From assembly GCA_036274895.1 (NCBI GenBank), contig DASUEU010000057.1, positions 5,807 to 69,806 on the forward strand: a stretch of 64,000 bases of DNA, given 5' to 3'. The notes below the pieces were generated by a model. The model was not told where the DNA came from. It saw only the letters and a program-made list of their open reading frames with translations, and ran no database searches. Shown in pieces: positions 38,937 through 48,950 of the stretch. Within the stretch, counting starts at the first letter, position 1. Each line of letters opens with the position of its first letter. Source of the stretch: Thermoanaerobaculia bacterium (GTDB taxonomy: Bacteria > Acidobacteriota > Thermoanaerobaculia > Multivoradales > SZUA-115). The position numbers were made by a program, and so were the translations under genes.

Positions 38937-39791
38937 ATGGTGCCCACAGCAGCCGCACAGACCACCCAGGAACCGGACCAGCTCCTGCATTCGGCGAGCT
39001 CCGGGCTGATCATCCACCGCACGGCACAGCTCAAGAACGAGTTCCGCTCGGGGGGGCGCGAGTTCGCCCGTGAGGTGGCCGAGCACGTCAACCGGACCCA
39101 GACCGGCAGGGCGACCCTCTTCGTCTACGAGGAAGCCTTCGGGGTGCACGACCGCATCCACTGGCTGATCCACCTCGGCGGCCTCACCGACTACCTGACC
39201 CTGATCACCATGTCGGTCAACGACGAGGGCTTCCGCAACATCTTCTTCCGCGAGCGCATCGCCCCTGAGAAGGGCGGTGGCGATTGGTCGCGGATGTTCC
39301 CGGATGGCTCACTGTCGGAGCGGGTGTTGATCCCGCTGCGGCGACCGGGGGCCAACGGGACGGACGGCGCCGCCTTCCCGCTACCGGCTGGCCGGCAAAC
39401 GACGCTGCCCGCCGAGCAGATCCTGCATTCGGCCAACGCCGGGATGCTGGTCGAGCGGGTCGGCATCGCCCGCTACGAGGCCCGCGACCAGGCCCGCGAG
39501 CTGGCCCTCGAGGTGGCGGAGCGGGTCAACCTCGGTCTGCCGGGAGTGGCCTCGATGTTCGTCTACGAGGAGATGTTCGGCCGCCAGGACTGCCTGCACT
39601 GGCTGATCCACCTGCGCGCCCTCGACGCCTACACCGCCTTCTTGGCCTTCGTCCAGGAGGACGCCGGCCTGGCCGAGATCCTGCGCCGTTCGGGCCCCGG
39701 GGGCGGTTGGAGCTGGTTCCTCGACGGCAGCCTCGAAGAGACGGTGCTGGTGCCGCAGTTCGCCGGCAGCTCGGGCACCGTCAAGCGCTGA
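38937..39791 (+). CDS. tandem-duplicated ABM/Dabb-like (dimeric alpha+beta barrel) domain protein
   Basis: Two internal ~125-aa repeats sharing LHSA..G...R...ARE.A.EVAE.VN...FVYEE.FG..D..HWLIHL...DGSL.E.VL.P. The FVYEE..G....HWL segment resembles the antibiotic-biosynthesis-monooxygenase fold. GGAGG RBS. Family assignment is tentative. Confidence 0.55.
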   Translation: MVPTAAAQTTQEPDQLLHSASSGLIIHRTAQLKNEFRSGGREFAREVAEHVNRTQTGRATLFVYEEAFGVHDRIHWLIHLGGLTDYLTLITMSVNDEGFRNIFFRERIAPEKGGGDWSRMFPDGSLSERVLIPLRRPGANGTDGAAFPLPAGRQTTLPAEQILHSANAGMLVERVGIARYEARDQARELALEVAERVNLGLPGVASMFVYEEMFGRQDCLHWLIHLRALDAYTAFLAFVQEDAGLAEILRRSGPGGGWSWFLDGSLEETVLVPQFAGSSGTVKR

Positions 39792-39821
39792 ACACGTCCA
39801 CCGTGAGCCCCGGGAGCCGTG

Positions 39822-40706
39822 ATGAACCCTGCCCAACCCTCAACCGCCGGCGCCGCGCCGGTGATCCCCCCGGCCTTCCATCAAGCCGCCCAGCCCGTGG
39901 AGGCCCTGCTCAACTCGGCCAGCTGCGGACTGATCATCCAGCGCACCGGCCAGATCAAGGGCAAGTACCGCTCCGAGGGCCGCCAGTTCGCCCGCGAGCT
40001 GGCCGAGCACATCAACGAGAGGCAGCTCGGACGGGCCACGGTGTTCGTGTACGAGGAGACCTTCGGCGTCAAGGAGCGACTCCACTGGCTGATCCATCTG
40101 CGCTCGCTGCGCGACTATCCCACCATGGTGGCGATGGGCGCGGCCGACGAGAAGTTCCGCGAGCTGATCCTCCGCGAGCGGCTGCCGGGGGGAGGGCGGT
40201 GGGACGAGATCTTCCTGGACGGCTCCCTGCGCGAGACCGTGCTGGTGCCCCAGCGCTGGCTCTCCCCCGGCCGCGACGGCGCGCCCTCCGGCACGGCCCT
40301 CGACCAGCTCGGGCCCGGCGAGACGACGTTCCTCCACTCCGCCACCGCCAGCTCGATCGTGCAGGTCTCCGGCATCCTGCGCCACGAGCACCGGCGCAGC
40401 GGCCGGGAGGTCGGCCGCCGCCTGGCGGAGCGCCTCAACCGCGAGCAGGCCGGCGCCATCACGGCCCTGGTGTACGACGAGGCCTTCGGCGCGGGCGAGC
40501 GGGTCCACTGGCTCCTCCACCTCTCGGCCCTGAGCGACCACGCCGAGCTGGCGCCCTACCTCGGGCCGGAGCCGGTGGCCGAGGGCAGCGGTGCCGGCCC
40601 GGCGGCGGAGCCGTCCTGGCGCGAGCTGTTCGTCGAGGGCTCCCTTTCCGAGGTCGCGTTGACCCCTCAATTCTGGGGCCTGTACGCTACGAAAAAGCCA
40701 TCGTGA
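39822..40706 (+). CDS. paralogue of the preceding tandem ABM/Dabb-like protein
   Basis: Same two-repeat architecture (…GRATVFVYEETFGVKERLHWLIHL… and …ITALVYDEAFGAGERVHWLLHL…), giving four domain copies across two adjacent genes. Confidence 0.55.
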   Translation: MNPAQPSTAGAAPVIPPAFHQAAQPVEALLNSASCGLIIQRTGQIKGKYRSEGRQFARELAEHINERQLGRATVFVYEETFGVKERLHWLIHLRSLRDYPTMVAMGAADEKFRELILRERLPGGGRWDEIFLDGSLRETVLVPQRWLSPGRDGAPSGTALDQLGPGETTFLHSATASSIVQVSGILRHEHRRSGREVGRRLAERLNREQAGAITALVYDEAFGAGERVHWLLHLSALSDHAELAPYLGPEPVAEGSGAGPAAEPSWRELFVEGSLSEVALTPQFWGLYATKKPS

Positions 40707-40732
40707 GCGTGCCCGACACCCAGGAGGGGATC

Positions 40733-41200
40733 ATGACCGAAGCGCTGGTGGAGGCCTGGCTGGTCAACAACCGAGTCAACCTGATGATTCTCCGCGAGCT
40801 GGGGGACGAGGCCCTGGCCGCCAGCCTCTCCTCGCGGGGCGGGCGCACCGTGGGCGAGCAACTGGCCCACGTGCTCGAGGTGCGGCGGGCCAAGGTGGAG
40901 GCGGCGGACAAGGCCCTCGCCGCGACCATCCCCACGGTCGGCCGCGAGCAGGGCCACGACCGGGAAGCCCTGCTCGCCGGCTTCGAGAAGAGCGGCGAGG
41001 CGGTGGCCGAGCTGATCCGCAAGAGCGCAGGCGAGGGCGGGCAGGTCAAGGGCTTCCGCCGCGGCATCGTGGTCCTGATCGCCTACCTGATCGCTCACGA
41101 CGCCCACCACCGGGGACATCTGTTCCTGACCCTCAAGCAGTCCAAAGTCGGGATCCCGGCCTCGCTCCGCATGGAGATCTGGGCCTGGAACCAGATCTGA
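40733..41200 (+). CDS. DinB/YfiT-like (DinB_2) metal-dependent protein
   Basis: Motifs GEQLAHVLEV and IAHDAHHRGH (His-triad). ~155 aa. CAGGAGGGGATC-ATG start. Confidence 0.7.
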   Translation: MTEALVEAWLVNNRVNLMILRELGDEALAASLSSRGGRTVGEQLAHVLEVRRAKVEAADKALAATIPTVGREQGHDREALLAGFEKSGEAVAELIRKSAGEGGQVKGFRRGIVVLIAYLIAHDAHHRGHLFLTLKQSKVGIPASLRMEIWAWNQI

Positions 41201-41203
41201 GCC

Positions 41204-42619
41204 ATGGCTCCGGCGCTCCTCGACGACACGTCGTCCGCGAAGCCGCGGGAGCGCCCTGCGAGCGCGGCCGCCGGCCGGGCCCGGCCGCCCGGGCCCCGCG
41301 GGTTGCCCCTGCTGGGCTGCCTGCCGGCCTTCCGCCGGGATCCCCTCGCCTTTCTGCAACGCACCGCACGCGAGCACGGAGACGTCGCCTTCTTCCGCCT
41401 CGGCACCCAGAACGTTTTCCTCTTGAACGACCCCGAGCTGATCCGCGAGGTGCTGGTGCAGCGACAGGGCCTGTTCACCAAGAGCCGGGGCCTGCGCCGC
41501 GCCCGCGCCCTCCTCGGAGACGGCCTGCTGACCAGCGAGGGCGAGGTGCACCACCGCCACCGCCGCCTGGTGCAGCCGGCCTTCCACCCGGACCGCCTCC
41601 AGGGCTATGCCGAGGTGATGGTCGACGCCGCCCTCGAGACGGGCCGGCGCTGGCGGGCCGGCGAGTCGGTCGAGGTCTTCTCCGAGATGGCGCGCATCAC
41701 CCTGGGGGTGGTCGGCACCACCTTGTTCAGCGTCGAGGTGGAGGAGGAGGCCCAGGAGATCGGCACCGCCCTGACCAGCGTGCTCGAGATGTTCAGCATC
41801 ATGATGCTGCCCTTCTCGGGCCTGGTCGAGCGCCTGCCCTTGCCGGTGGTGCGGCGTTTCCACGCTGCCCGCAGCCTCCTCGATGGGCGTATGGAGCGCT
41901 TGATCCACGAGCGCCGGGAGAGCGGCAGGGACTCCGGCGACCTGTTGTCGATGCTGCTCCTGGCCCAGGACGAGGCGGGGGGTGGGCTGTCGGACCGCGA
42001 GGTGCGCGAGGAGGCCTTGACCCTCTTCCTGGCCGGCCACGAGACCACCGCCAACGCCCTCTCCTGGACCCTCTACCTGCTGGCGTCGAACCCCGACTGC
42101 GAGGCACGGCTGCACCGGGAGCTCGAGGAGGTGTTGGGCGGGCGCCGGCCGACCTTCGCCGACCTGCCCCGCCTGTCCTGGGCCGAGCACGTGCTGGCCG
42201 AGGCCATCCGCCTCTACCCGCCGGCCTGGGCGATCGGGCGCTCGGCCAGGGAAGCCCTCGAGCTGGGCGGCTTCGAGGTGCCGGCGGGCAGCACCGTGAT
42301 CCTGAGCGCCTACGTCACCCAGAACGACCCCCGCTACTTCCCCCATCCCGAGGTCTTCGATCCCGAGCGCTGGCAGCCAGGGCCGAGGGCGGAGCGGCCG
42401 AAGTTCGTCTACTTCCCCTTCGGTGGCGGTGCCCGGACCTGCATCGGCGAGCGCTTCGCGATGATGGAGGGCGTGCTGATCCTGGCCACGCTGGCCCAGC
42501 GCTGGCGGCTGCGGCTGGCGCCGGGCCAGACCGTCGAGCCGATGCCGCTGATCAACACACTGCGGGCTCGGGGTGGCTTGCCGCTCCGGCTCGAAGCACG
42601 CGGCGCGCCAGCTCCCTGA
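41204..42619 (+). CDS. cytochrome P450
   Basis: AGHETT I-helix, ExxR, heme loop FGGGARTCIG. Ends with GLPLRL as in many P450s. Confidence 0.9.
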   Translation: MAPALLDDTSSAKPRERPASAAAGRARPPGPRGLPLLGCLPAFRRDPLAFLQRTAREHGDVAFFRLGTQNVFLLNDPELIREVLVQRQGLFTKSRGLRRARALLGDGLLTSEGEVHHRHRRLVQPAFHPDRLQGYAEVMVDAALETGRRWRAGESVEVFSEMARITLGVVGTTLFSVEVEEEAQEIGTALTSVLEMFSIMMLPFSGLVERLPLPVVRRFHAARSLLDGRMERLIHERRESGRDSGDLLSMLLLAQDEAGGGLSDREVREEALTLFLAGHETTANALSWTLYLLASNPDCEARLHRELEEVLGGRRPTFADLPRLSWAEHVLAEAIRLYPPAWAIGRSAREALELGGFEVPAGSTVILSAYVTQNDPRYFPHPEVFDPERWQPGPRAERPKFVYFPFGGGARTCIGERFAMMEGVLILATLAQRWRLRLAPGQTVEPMPLINTLRARGGLPLRLEARGAPAP

Positions 42620-43757
42620 CGTTGGCCTCGGCGCGGAACACCGAGAGGTGGTCGCCGTGCGGCTCGACGTAGAGGGTCGCGTCGGCCAGACGGGCCGCCA
42701 CCCGGCGCGAGCCTTCGGGGTGGGCGGTGCCGTCGTCCTGGCTGGTGATCACCGCCACCGGCTGTCGCACGCGCGGCAGCAGCGCCTCGACCTCGAAGCT
42801 CATGATGCTGCCGTTCAAGAGCCCGTAACGATGGGTCAGCTCGGCATTGGCCCAGGGGTAGAGGACGTGGGCGGCGGGCTGGGGCAGGGGCTTGCCGGCC
42901 AGGGCGTGGCACATCGCCCCCCGCACCGCGGCGGCGCTCTCCCGGCTCTCGGCGGCCATCGCCAGCAGCGACCCGAGGTCGTGCTGGTGATCGGTCTTCG
43001 GGCCGCCGGCACCGAGCTCGTAGTCGCCGTGCCAGAGGCTCAAGGAGTGGACCCTCGCCGGCCAGGCCGCCGCCGCGGCGAGGGCCAGGACCGCCCCACC
43101 GCACATCCCGAGGGCATGGGCCGAGGCCACGCCGAAGCGATCCATCACCGCCACCAGGTCGGCCGCCTGGGCCGAGACGTCCCGCCCCCGGCGGTCGAAG
43201 GCGGCGTCCGCGAGGAAGAGGCCCCGGCTCTCCCAGGTGAGGACGTAGGCGTCACGGGCAAGGAAGTGTAGCCAGGCCAGCGACAGCCCCACCGGCATGC
43301 CGCAGGGGGGCACCAGCACCACGGCCGGCCGGCTGCGCTCGCCCAGGGCATAGGCCCGAAGCGGCGTACCGTCGAAGGAGCTCAGGTGCACGGGCTCCGG
43401 GCGCCCTTCGCCGGGGTCGGCGAGCGCGCGCCGGGTGCTCCGCTCGAAGGCCTCGACGCTGGGCCAGGCAGGCCGGGCCTCGTCGAGGCTCGCCAGGGCG
43501 CTCTCCAGGCCCTCGCTCAGCACCCGGGCGAAAAGCCTGGCCCCGGGATCGGCGGGCGTCTCGCCCAGCGTGAGCCGGGGGGCCGGAAGGCCCCGGCAGA
43601 CCGCGTCGAGGCACGCCTGGAGCGGGGCGGCCTCCCCGCCCTGGGCCAGGGCGAGGGGCAGGTGGAGGGGCCGGGGCAGGGCATCGATCAGCGGCCGCAG
43701 GGCCAGCACCGAGCGGGCCAGGAGCAGGGCGAGGTCCACGCCCGGGGCGAGGGCCAT
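42552..43757 (-). CDS. alpha/beta-fold hydrolase/acyltransferase with Cys nucleophile (G-M-C-G-G elbow)
   Basis: Nucleophile elbow HALGMCGGAVLA, acid near SQDDG, His in EPHGDHLS. 3' end overlaps the convergent P450 by 68 nt. First Met lies 10 nt after the PhyH-family gene stop. Confidence 0.7.
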   Translation of the reverse strand: MALAPGVDLALLLARSVLALRPLIDALPRPLHLPLALAQGGEAAPLQACLDAVCRGLPAPRLTLGETPADPGARLFARVLSEGLESALASLDEARPAWPSVEAFERSTRRALADPGEGRPEPVHLSSFDGTPLRAYALGERSRPAVVLVPPCGMPVGLSLAWLHFLARDAYVLTWESRGLFLADAAFDRRGRDVSAQAADLVAVMDRFGVASAHALGMCGGAVLALAAAAAWPARVHSLSLWHGDYELGAGGPKTDHQHDLGSLLAMAAESRESAAAVRGAMCHALAGKPLPQPAAHVLYPWANAELTHRYGLLNGSIMSFEVEALLPRVRQPVAVITSQDDGTAHPEGSRRVAARLADATLYVEPHGDHLSVFRAEANVRELARRVLRAGAASHPEPAVC

Positions 43758-43767
43758 CGGCGTCCCC

Positions 43768-44718
43768 CTAGCGGTTCGGGAACGGGTAGCCGCGGGTGGT
43801 GGCGGTGGCGATGCGGTTGTAGCGGTAGCGATCCTCGCCCGCCACCACCACGGCGCCGTAGCGGTCCAGCCGCACCGTGCCGCCGTACTCCTCGATGGCC
43901 TCGCTGTCCGGGTAGACGTGGACCCGGGTGGGCACGTAGCGCGCCGCGAAGCCCATGCGCATCTCCTGGGTCTTGCCGCGGTGGGGATGGGAGGCGTGCA
44001 TCAGGGTCGACCAGAAGAGGATGGCCTGGCCCGGCCGCATCACCATCGACACCGCATGATCCTCGTCCGGCTTCCAGTCGGGATCGATCTGCAGCTCGCG
44101 GTAGTCGTAGCCGAAGAAGCCGCGCCGGATGCCGTCCTTCTCGACCTGGTTGATCGACTCCGGGCGGTAGTGCATCTCCTTCTGCTCGTCGTAGAACATG
44201 GTGTGGTGGGTGCCGGGGATGAACTGCAGGCAGGCAGTGTCTTCGTTGGCCTCGGTGAAGGCCGTCCACACCGTGATGGTGCCGCCGAAGTCCTCGTGAC
44301 CGTCCGGCCAGACGATCTGCGGCTGGCCCGAGGCGTTGGCGAAGGTGTCCGCCTGATGCCAGTCGGTGCCCTCGTCGCCGGGGTACTTGGGGAAGAACTC
44401 GGTGCGCCAGCACAGCACGTCCGGCCCCAGGATGCTGACCACGCGGTCGACGATCTCCGGACGGCAGATGTGGTCGGCGAAGAACTGGCAGTCGAGGTGG
44501 CGGTCGTAGTTGCCGATGTTGGTCGCCCCCGACTGGGCGACGCTCTCCTGGTAGACGGCAGCGGAGCGGTCCATCAGCTGCAAGCGCTGGCGCCGCCAAT
44601 GGGCCTTCATCTCCTCGACCTCGTAGACCGTGAACGGCCCGAGGTAGCCGTTGCGATGAAAGGCGGCGAGCTCCGCCGGGCTAAGAGAGAACTTCGGCTG
44701 CGTCAGGGTGTCCAGCAT
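43768..44718 (-). CDS. PhyH-family Fe(II)/2-oxoglutarate-dependent oxygenase, HQAD variant of the facial-triad motif (possible halogenase-like)
   Basis: PhyH-like core with WHQADTF where hydroxylases have WHQD (H-x-D). The A at +2 matches the H-x-A pattern of SyrB2/CmaB-type halogenases. A distal His is in [10 protein letters not shown]. The start may be a later Met, since the ORF overlaps the A-PCP gene by 38 nt. Confidence 0.7.
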   Translation of the reverse strand: MLDTLTQPKFSLSPAELAAFHRNGYLGPFTVYEVEEMKAHWRRQRLQLMDRSAAVYQESVAQSGATNIGNYDRHLDCQFFADHICRPEIVDRVVSILGPDVLCWRTEFFPKYPGDEGTDWHQADTFANASGQPQIVWPDGHEDFGGTITVWTAFTEANEDTACLQFIPGTHHTMFYDEQKEMHYRPESINQVEKDGIRRGFFGYDYRELQIDPDWKPDEDHAVSMVMRPGQAILFWSTLMHASHPHRGKTQEMRMGFAARYVPTRVHVYPDSEAIEEYGGTVRLDRYGAVVVAGEDRYRYNRIATATTRGYPFPNR

Positions 44719-46552
44719 GGGGAGTCTCCGAGAAGAGGGGTGGGGCGGTGGCGAGCTGGGCCTCGACGCAGGCGGCCAGGCGGGCCACCGTGGCCTGGTC
44801 GCCCAGCTCGCTGCCGTTCAAGGACACGCCGAAGGCGTCGTTGGTCAGGCGCAGCAGGCGCACGAAGGCCATCGAGGTCGCGCCGTGGTCGAAGAGGTCG
44901 TCGTGCGGGGAGAGGCCCGGCAGCCGCAGCACCTCTGCGGCCAGGCCTAGCAGGGTGCGCTCGGTGCTGCCGATCGGCCCGCCGGGGGCGGAGGGTGGCG
45001 CGGTCCCGGCCAACGCCGCGAGGGCCCGGCGGTCCACCTTGCCGTGGGCGGTCAGGGGGATCGCCCCCACCACGTGGACCTCCGCCGGCACTTGGTGGGC
45101 CGGCAGCTCGCGGGCCGCCCGCGTGCGCAGCTCCTGGCTCAAGCGGGCGGCGCCGCCGTCGAGCCCAGAGCCGGGCCGGGGCACGACGGCGGCGAGCAGC
45201 CGCACGTCGCCGCCGCCGAGGTCGAGGCTCGTCACCACCGCTCTCGCCACCTCGGGATGGGCCGCCAGGCAGGCTTCGACCTCGGAAGGCTCGATGCGGA
45301 AGCCCCGCACCTTGAGCTGGTCGTCGAGCCGGCCCAAGGTGCGCAGCTCACCGTCGGCGCCGCGCACGGCGCGGTCCCCGGAGCGGTAGGCGCGAGCCCC
45401 CGAGGCGCCGGTGCCGGCTGCGGGCAGGAACCGCTCGGCGGTCAGGCCCGGGCGGCCGAGATAGCCGCGGGCGAGGCCCGGGCCGGTGACGTGGAGCTCG
45501 CCGGGTGTGCCGGCGCTCACCGCGAAGCCCCGGGGGTCGAGCAGCGAGACCCCGAGGTCGCCGAGAGGCTGGCCGATCGGGCTCGCCGCGTCGCCGTCGA
45601 GGTCCTCGCGGAGGATCCTCCGCCAGGTGACGTGCACGGTGGTCTCGGTGATGCCGTAGAGGTTGGCCACCTGGGGCCGCTGGTCGCCCCAGCGCTCGAA
45701 CCACGGGGCGAGCAGGCGAGGGTCGAGGGCCTCGCCGCCGAAGACCAGGGCCCGCAGCCGCGGGGCGAAGGGGGTCTCGGCGTGGAGCTCGGCGTCGAGC
45801 AGGCCGTGGAAGGCCGACGGTGTCTGGCTCAGGATCGTCACCCCGTTCTCGGCCAGGAGGTGGCAGAGGCGCCCGGGCTGGCGGGCCACCTCGAGGGGCA
45901 CGATCACCAGCCGGCCGCCGTAGAGCAGGGCTCCCCAGATCTCCCAGACCGAGAAGTCGAAGCTCGCCGAGTGGCAGAGGGACCAGACGTCCTCCGGGCC
46001 GAAGTGGAGGTGTCGGTCCGCCTGCTCGAACAGGCGCACCACGTTGCGGTGGGAAACCATCACCCCCTTGGGCTCGCCGGTCGAACCCGAGGTGTAGATC
46101 ACGTAGGCCAGGTTGTCGTCCGCCGGCCTGCCTGCCCCCGCGGCCGCCGGCGGAGCCGGGCCCGGGGCGTCGTCGGCCGTCAGGACTTCGACGCCCAGGG
46201 CGGCGAAGCGTGGGCCGAGGTCGGCGGTCGTGACCACCCGGCGCACCCGCGAGTCCGCCAGCAGGTAGCGCAGGCGGGCCTCCGGGTAGGCGGGATCGAG
46301 GGGCAGGTAGGCACCGCCCGCCTTGAGGATGGCGAGCAGGCCGACGATGAGCTCGAAGCCCCGCTCGGCGGCCAGGCCGACGAGCACCTCGGGCCCGACC
46401 CCGGCGTCCCGCAGGCGTGCCGCCAGCCCTTCGGCCCGGTCGTCGAGCTCCCGGTAGGTGAGGTCTCGGTGGCCGAACGAGAGGGCGACGCGGCGGGGGA
46501 ACTCCTCCGCCCGCCGTTCGAAGATCTGGTGAAGACACTGACCGGATGCCAT
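44681..46552 (-). CDS. free-standing NRPS adenylation-PCP didomain (loading A-T)
   Basis: A-domain cores [52 protein letters not shown] and [21 protein letters not shown]. Confidence 0.85.
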   Translation of the reverse strand: MASGQCLHQIFERRAEEFPRRVALSFGHRDLTYRELDDRAEGLAARLRDAGVGPEVLVGLAAERGFELIVGLLAILKAGGAYLPLDPAYPEARLRYLLADSRVRRVVTTADLGPRFAALGVEVLTADDAPGPAPPAAAGAGRPADDNLAYVIYTSGSTGEPKGVMVSHRNVVRLFEQADRHLHFGPEDVWSLCHSASFDFSVWEIWGALLYGGRLVIVPLEVARQPGRLCHLLAENGVTILSQTPSAFHGLLDAELHAETPFAPRLRALVFGGEALDPRLLAPWFERWGDQRPQVANLYGITETTVHVTWRRILREDLDGDAASPIGQPLGDLGVSLLDPRGFAVSAGTPGELHVTGPGLARGYLGRPGLTAERFLPAAGTGASGARAYRSGDRAVRGADGELRTLGRLDDQLKVRGFRIEPSEVEACLAAHPEVARAVVTSLDLGGGDVRLLAAVVPRPGSGLDGGAARLSQELRTRAARELPAHQVPAEVHVVGAIPLTAHGKVDRRALAALAGTAPPSAPGGPIGSTERTLLGLAAEVLRLPGLSPHDDLFDHGATSMAFVRLLRLTNDAFGVSLNGSELGDQATVARLAACVEAQLATAPPLFSETPHAGHPDAAEVLS

Positions 46553-46638
46553 GTCGGCTCACTTCCTGGAGGCGCTGGCCCAGAGCACGGGAGAGGCTGG
46601 TTGTCGCTGCACGATTGTGGGAAAGCTGCTCCGAGCCG

Positions 46639-46658
46639 TCTGCTCAAGACTGAGCAAG
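46639..46658. promoter_or_regulatory. palindromic operator TCTGCTCA-agac-TGAGCAAG (copy 2 of 3)
   Basis: In the 91-bp gap upstream of the A-PCP gene. Overlaps the AT-ER stop codon (tca at 46644-46646). Confidence 0.6.
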
Positions 46659-48950
46659 CCGTGGGGGATCCGAGCGCCCGAGCAGACCCTCGAGCCGCCG
46701 GCCGAGCACTGTGGCGGCGCCCCGCATCAGGTGCTCGGCAATGCGCTCGACGTGGCGCTCCCGCCAGGGCTCGAGGGGGGTGCCGCGCACCGAGCGGTTG
46801 AAGGCGCCCATCGCCGGCCCGCAGTGGATCTGATAGTTCACCCGCTCCGGCGAGCCGGCGAGGGCCCAGCGGCTGGTGTGGGCGAAGTACCAGTTGAAGA
46901 CCAGGGCCATCTTGTGGCGGGGGTCCCGCTCGGCCTGCTCGATCTGCTCCGGTCGGGTGCTCGCCAGGTGGTCGCAAGTCTCGCTCCAGACCTGGGCGAG
47001 CGAGCGCTTGAAGTAGCGCTCCTCGAGCGTCTTCCGGGTCCCTTGGTCGAGCTCGTCGAGCGATCGATGCTGGCGGTAGAGCTGGAAGAGCTTGTTGGCG
47101 CGGGCTGCGAAGAGGGTGCCGCGGCTCGCCACCTGCACGCGGGCCCCCAGCTCGAACATGTCACCGGCGGCGGTGTAGGCGGTGTCCTGCACGTCGAGCT
47201 GGGCGAGCAGGTCCTTGACCGCCTCGGAGGTGCCGGCCTCGGGGGAGCACTGGTTGACCGAGCCGGTCAGCACGAAGTCCGCCCCCAGCACGAACGCCGC
47301 CGCCGCGGCCTCGGGGGAGCCGATGCCGCCGGCGGCACCCAGGGGGACGTCGGCCGGGCAGGCCCCCCGCTCCCGCATCTCCTCGCGCAGCTGGAGCATG
47401 GCCGGCATCAGGGCGTAGGCGCGCCCGGCGTCGGTGTGGCCGCCCGAGTCGGCCTCCACGCACAGCTCGCTCGCCACCGGCAGGCAGCGCGCCACCGCCG
47501 CTTCCTCGGCCCCGAGGCCGCCGCTGGCCACCAGTTGGGCCAGCACTTCTTCGGGCGGGGGGCGCAGGAAGAGGGTGGCGATCTCGGGCCGTGACACCTT
47601 GGCCAGCACCCGGCGCCCGGCCACCGGCTCACCGGCGGCCGTGAAGCGGGCGCCGCGGAAGCGGCAGCGCACCAGCGGCGCGGTGATGCGCAGGTAGGCG
47701 GCGGCCTCGACGAAGCGCACGTCGTGGGCGAGCAGCAGCTCGACGGTCGCCGCCTCGAGCTCCGGCTCGTCGAGGGGGTAGAGCAGGTTGGCGCCCCAGC
47801 TCGCCCGGGGCCCCAGCTCGCGCTTCAGCTCCTGGAGCGCCGCCTCGATCGCCGCCAGGCCGAGGCCGCCGGTGCCGAAGAAGCCCATCAGCCCGTTTCT
47901 CGCCAGGCGGATCAGCAGCCGGGTCGAGGCGATGCCCTGGTACATCGAGCCGGCGAGGTAGGCGTAGCGCAACCCATAGTCGCGCCGGAAGCTCGCCGAG
48001 CCCAGCCGCTCGGCGGCGAGGCACGGGTCGGGCGGCGGTTCCACCTCCGGGGCGGCCACGGCGACGGGCCGAGGTGCCAGGCGGGGCGGCGAGGGCGGTG
48101 CCGGGAAGGCCGAGCGCCAGAGCTTGGTGAGCACCCCTCCGGGGCCGAGCTCCTCGACCTCCTCGACCCCCTGCTCCTGCAGGTAGCGCATCGCCTCCCA
48201 CCAGCGCACCGGCGAGCGGATCTGCGCGCTCAGCAGGGCCGGGAGCTGGTCGGCCCGGTAGGGCCTGGCGGTGACGTTGGCGATCACCGGCAGGGTGGGA
48301 GGGGCGAAGCGAGCACGCCCCAGCACCTCCTCGAAGGCGTGCGAGGCTTCGACCATGGAGCGCGAGTGGAAGGCGGCGGCAACCGCCAGGGGCAGGGTTC
48401 GCACCGTCCGCCCCTCCGGTGCCGCTGCCACCAGCCGGGGCGCCAGGCGGCTGAGCGCCTCCCCCGGCCCCGCGAGCACGATCTGGTCGGGGGCGTTGTA
48501 GTTGGCGACGTCGACCGAGTCGATGCCGCTCGCCGCCAGCGCCTCGGTGAGTCGCTCGGCAGTGAGGCCGATCACCGCCATCATGGCGCCGCCGCTCGCC
48601 GCGGCCATCAGCTCGGAGCGGGCCGTCACCAGAAGCAGGCCGGTCTCGAGATCGAAGCAGCCGGCGGCGAAAAGGGCGTTGAGCTCGCCCAGGCTGTGGC
48701 CGGCCAGGAAGTCCGGCCGCTCGCCGTTCGCCCGGCGTTCGAGGTAGCTGAGGGCGTTGACCAGGAAGAGGGCCGGCTGGGCCCAGCGGGTGGAACGCAG
48801 GCGATCCCCGGGGTCTTCGAGGCAGAGCTCCCTGAGGGAGGTGCCGGCGATGCGGTCGGCCAGCGCGCACTCCTCCGGGAAGCGCTCGAAGAGCCCCGCT
48901 CCCATGCCGCGGCGCTGTGAGCCCTGGCCGGGGAAGAGGAAGGCCCTCAC
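46644..48950 (-). CDS. trans-acting acyltransferase fused to trans-enoylreductase (AT-ER didomain, PksE/LnmG-like)
   Basis: AT motifs FLFPGQGSQ and GHSLGE. C-terminal PfaD/nitronate-monooxygenase-like ER. Preferred start is the GTG overlapping the ECH stop (GTGA). An alternative ATG at 48981-48983 would overlap ECH by 37 nt. Confidence 0.85.
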   Translation of the reverse strand: MRAFLFPGQGSQRRGMGAGLFERFPEECALADRIAGTSLRELCLEDPGDRLRSTRWAQPALFLVNALSYLERRANGERPDFLAGHSLGELNALFAAGCFDLETGLLLVTARSELMAAASGGAMMAVIGLTAERLTEALAASGIDSVDVANYNAPDQIVLAGPGEALSRLAPRLVAAAPEGRTVRTLPLAVAAAFHSRSMVEASHAFEEVLGRARFAPPTLPVIANVTARPYRADQLPALLSAQIRSPVRWWEAMRYLQEQGVEEVEELGPGGVLTKLWRSAFPAPPSPPRLAPRPVAVAAPEVEPPPDPCLAAERLGSASFRRDYGLRYAYLAGSMYQGIASTRLLIRLARNGLMGFFGTGGLGLAAIEAALQELKRELGPRASWGANLLYPLDEPELEAATVELLLAHDVRFVEAAAYLRITAPLVRCRFRGARFTAAGEPVAGRRVLAKVSRPEIATLFLRPPPEEVLAQLVASGGLGAEEAAVARCLPVASELCVEADSGGHTDAGRAYALMPAMLQLREEMRERGACPADVPLGAAGGIGSPEAAAAAFVLGADFVLTGSVNQCSPEAGTSEAVKDLLAQLDVQDTAYTAAGDMFELGARVQVASRGTLFAARANKLFQLYRQHRSLDELDQGTRKTLEERYFKRSLAQVWSETCDHLASTRPEQIEQAERDPRHKMALVFNWYFAHTSRWALAGSPERVNYQIHCGPAMGAFNRSVRGTPLEPWRERHVERIAEHLMRGAATVLGRRLEGLLGRSDPPRLAQS

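Noticed and set aside
40667-42346. 559-aa minus-strand ORF opposite the P450
   Set aside because: Antisense of a well-supported P450 gene. Low-complexity G/A/R/P-rich translation.
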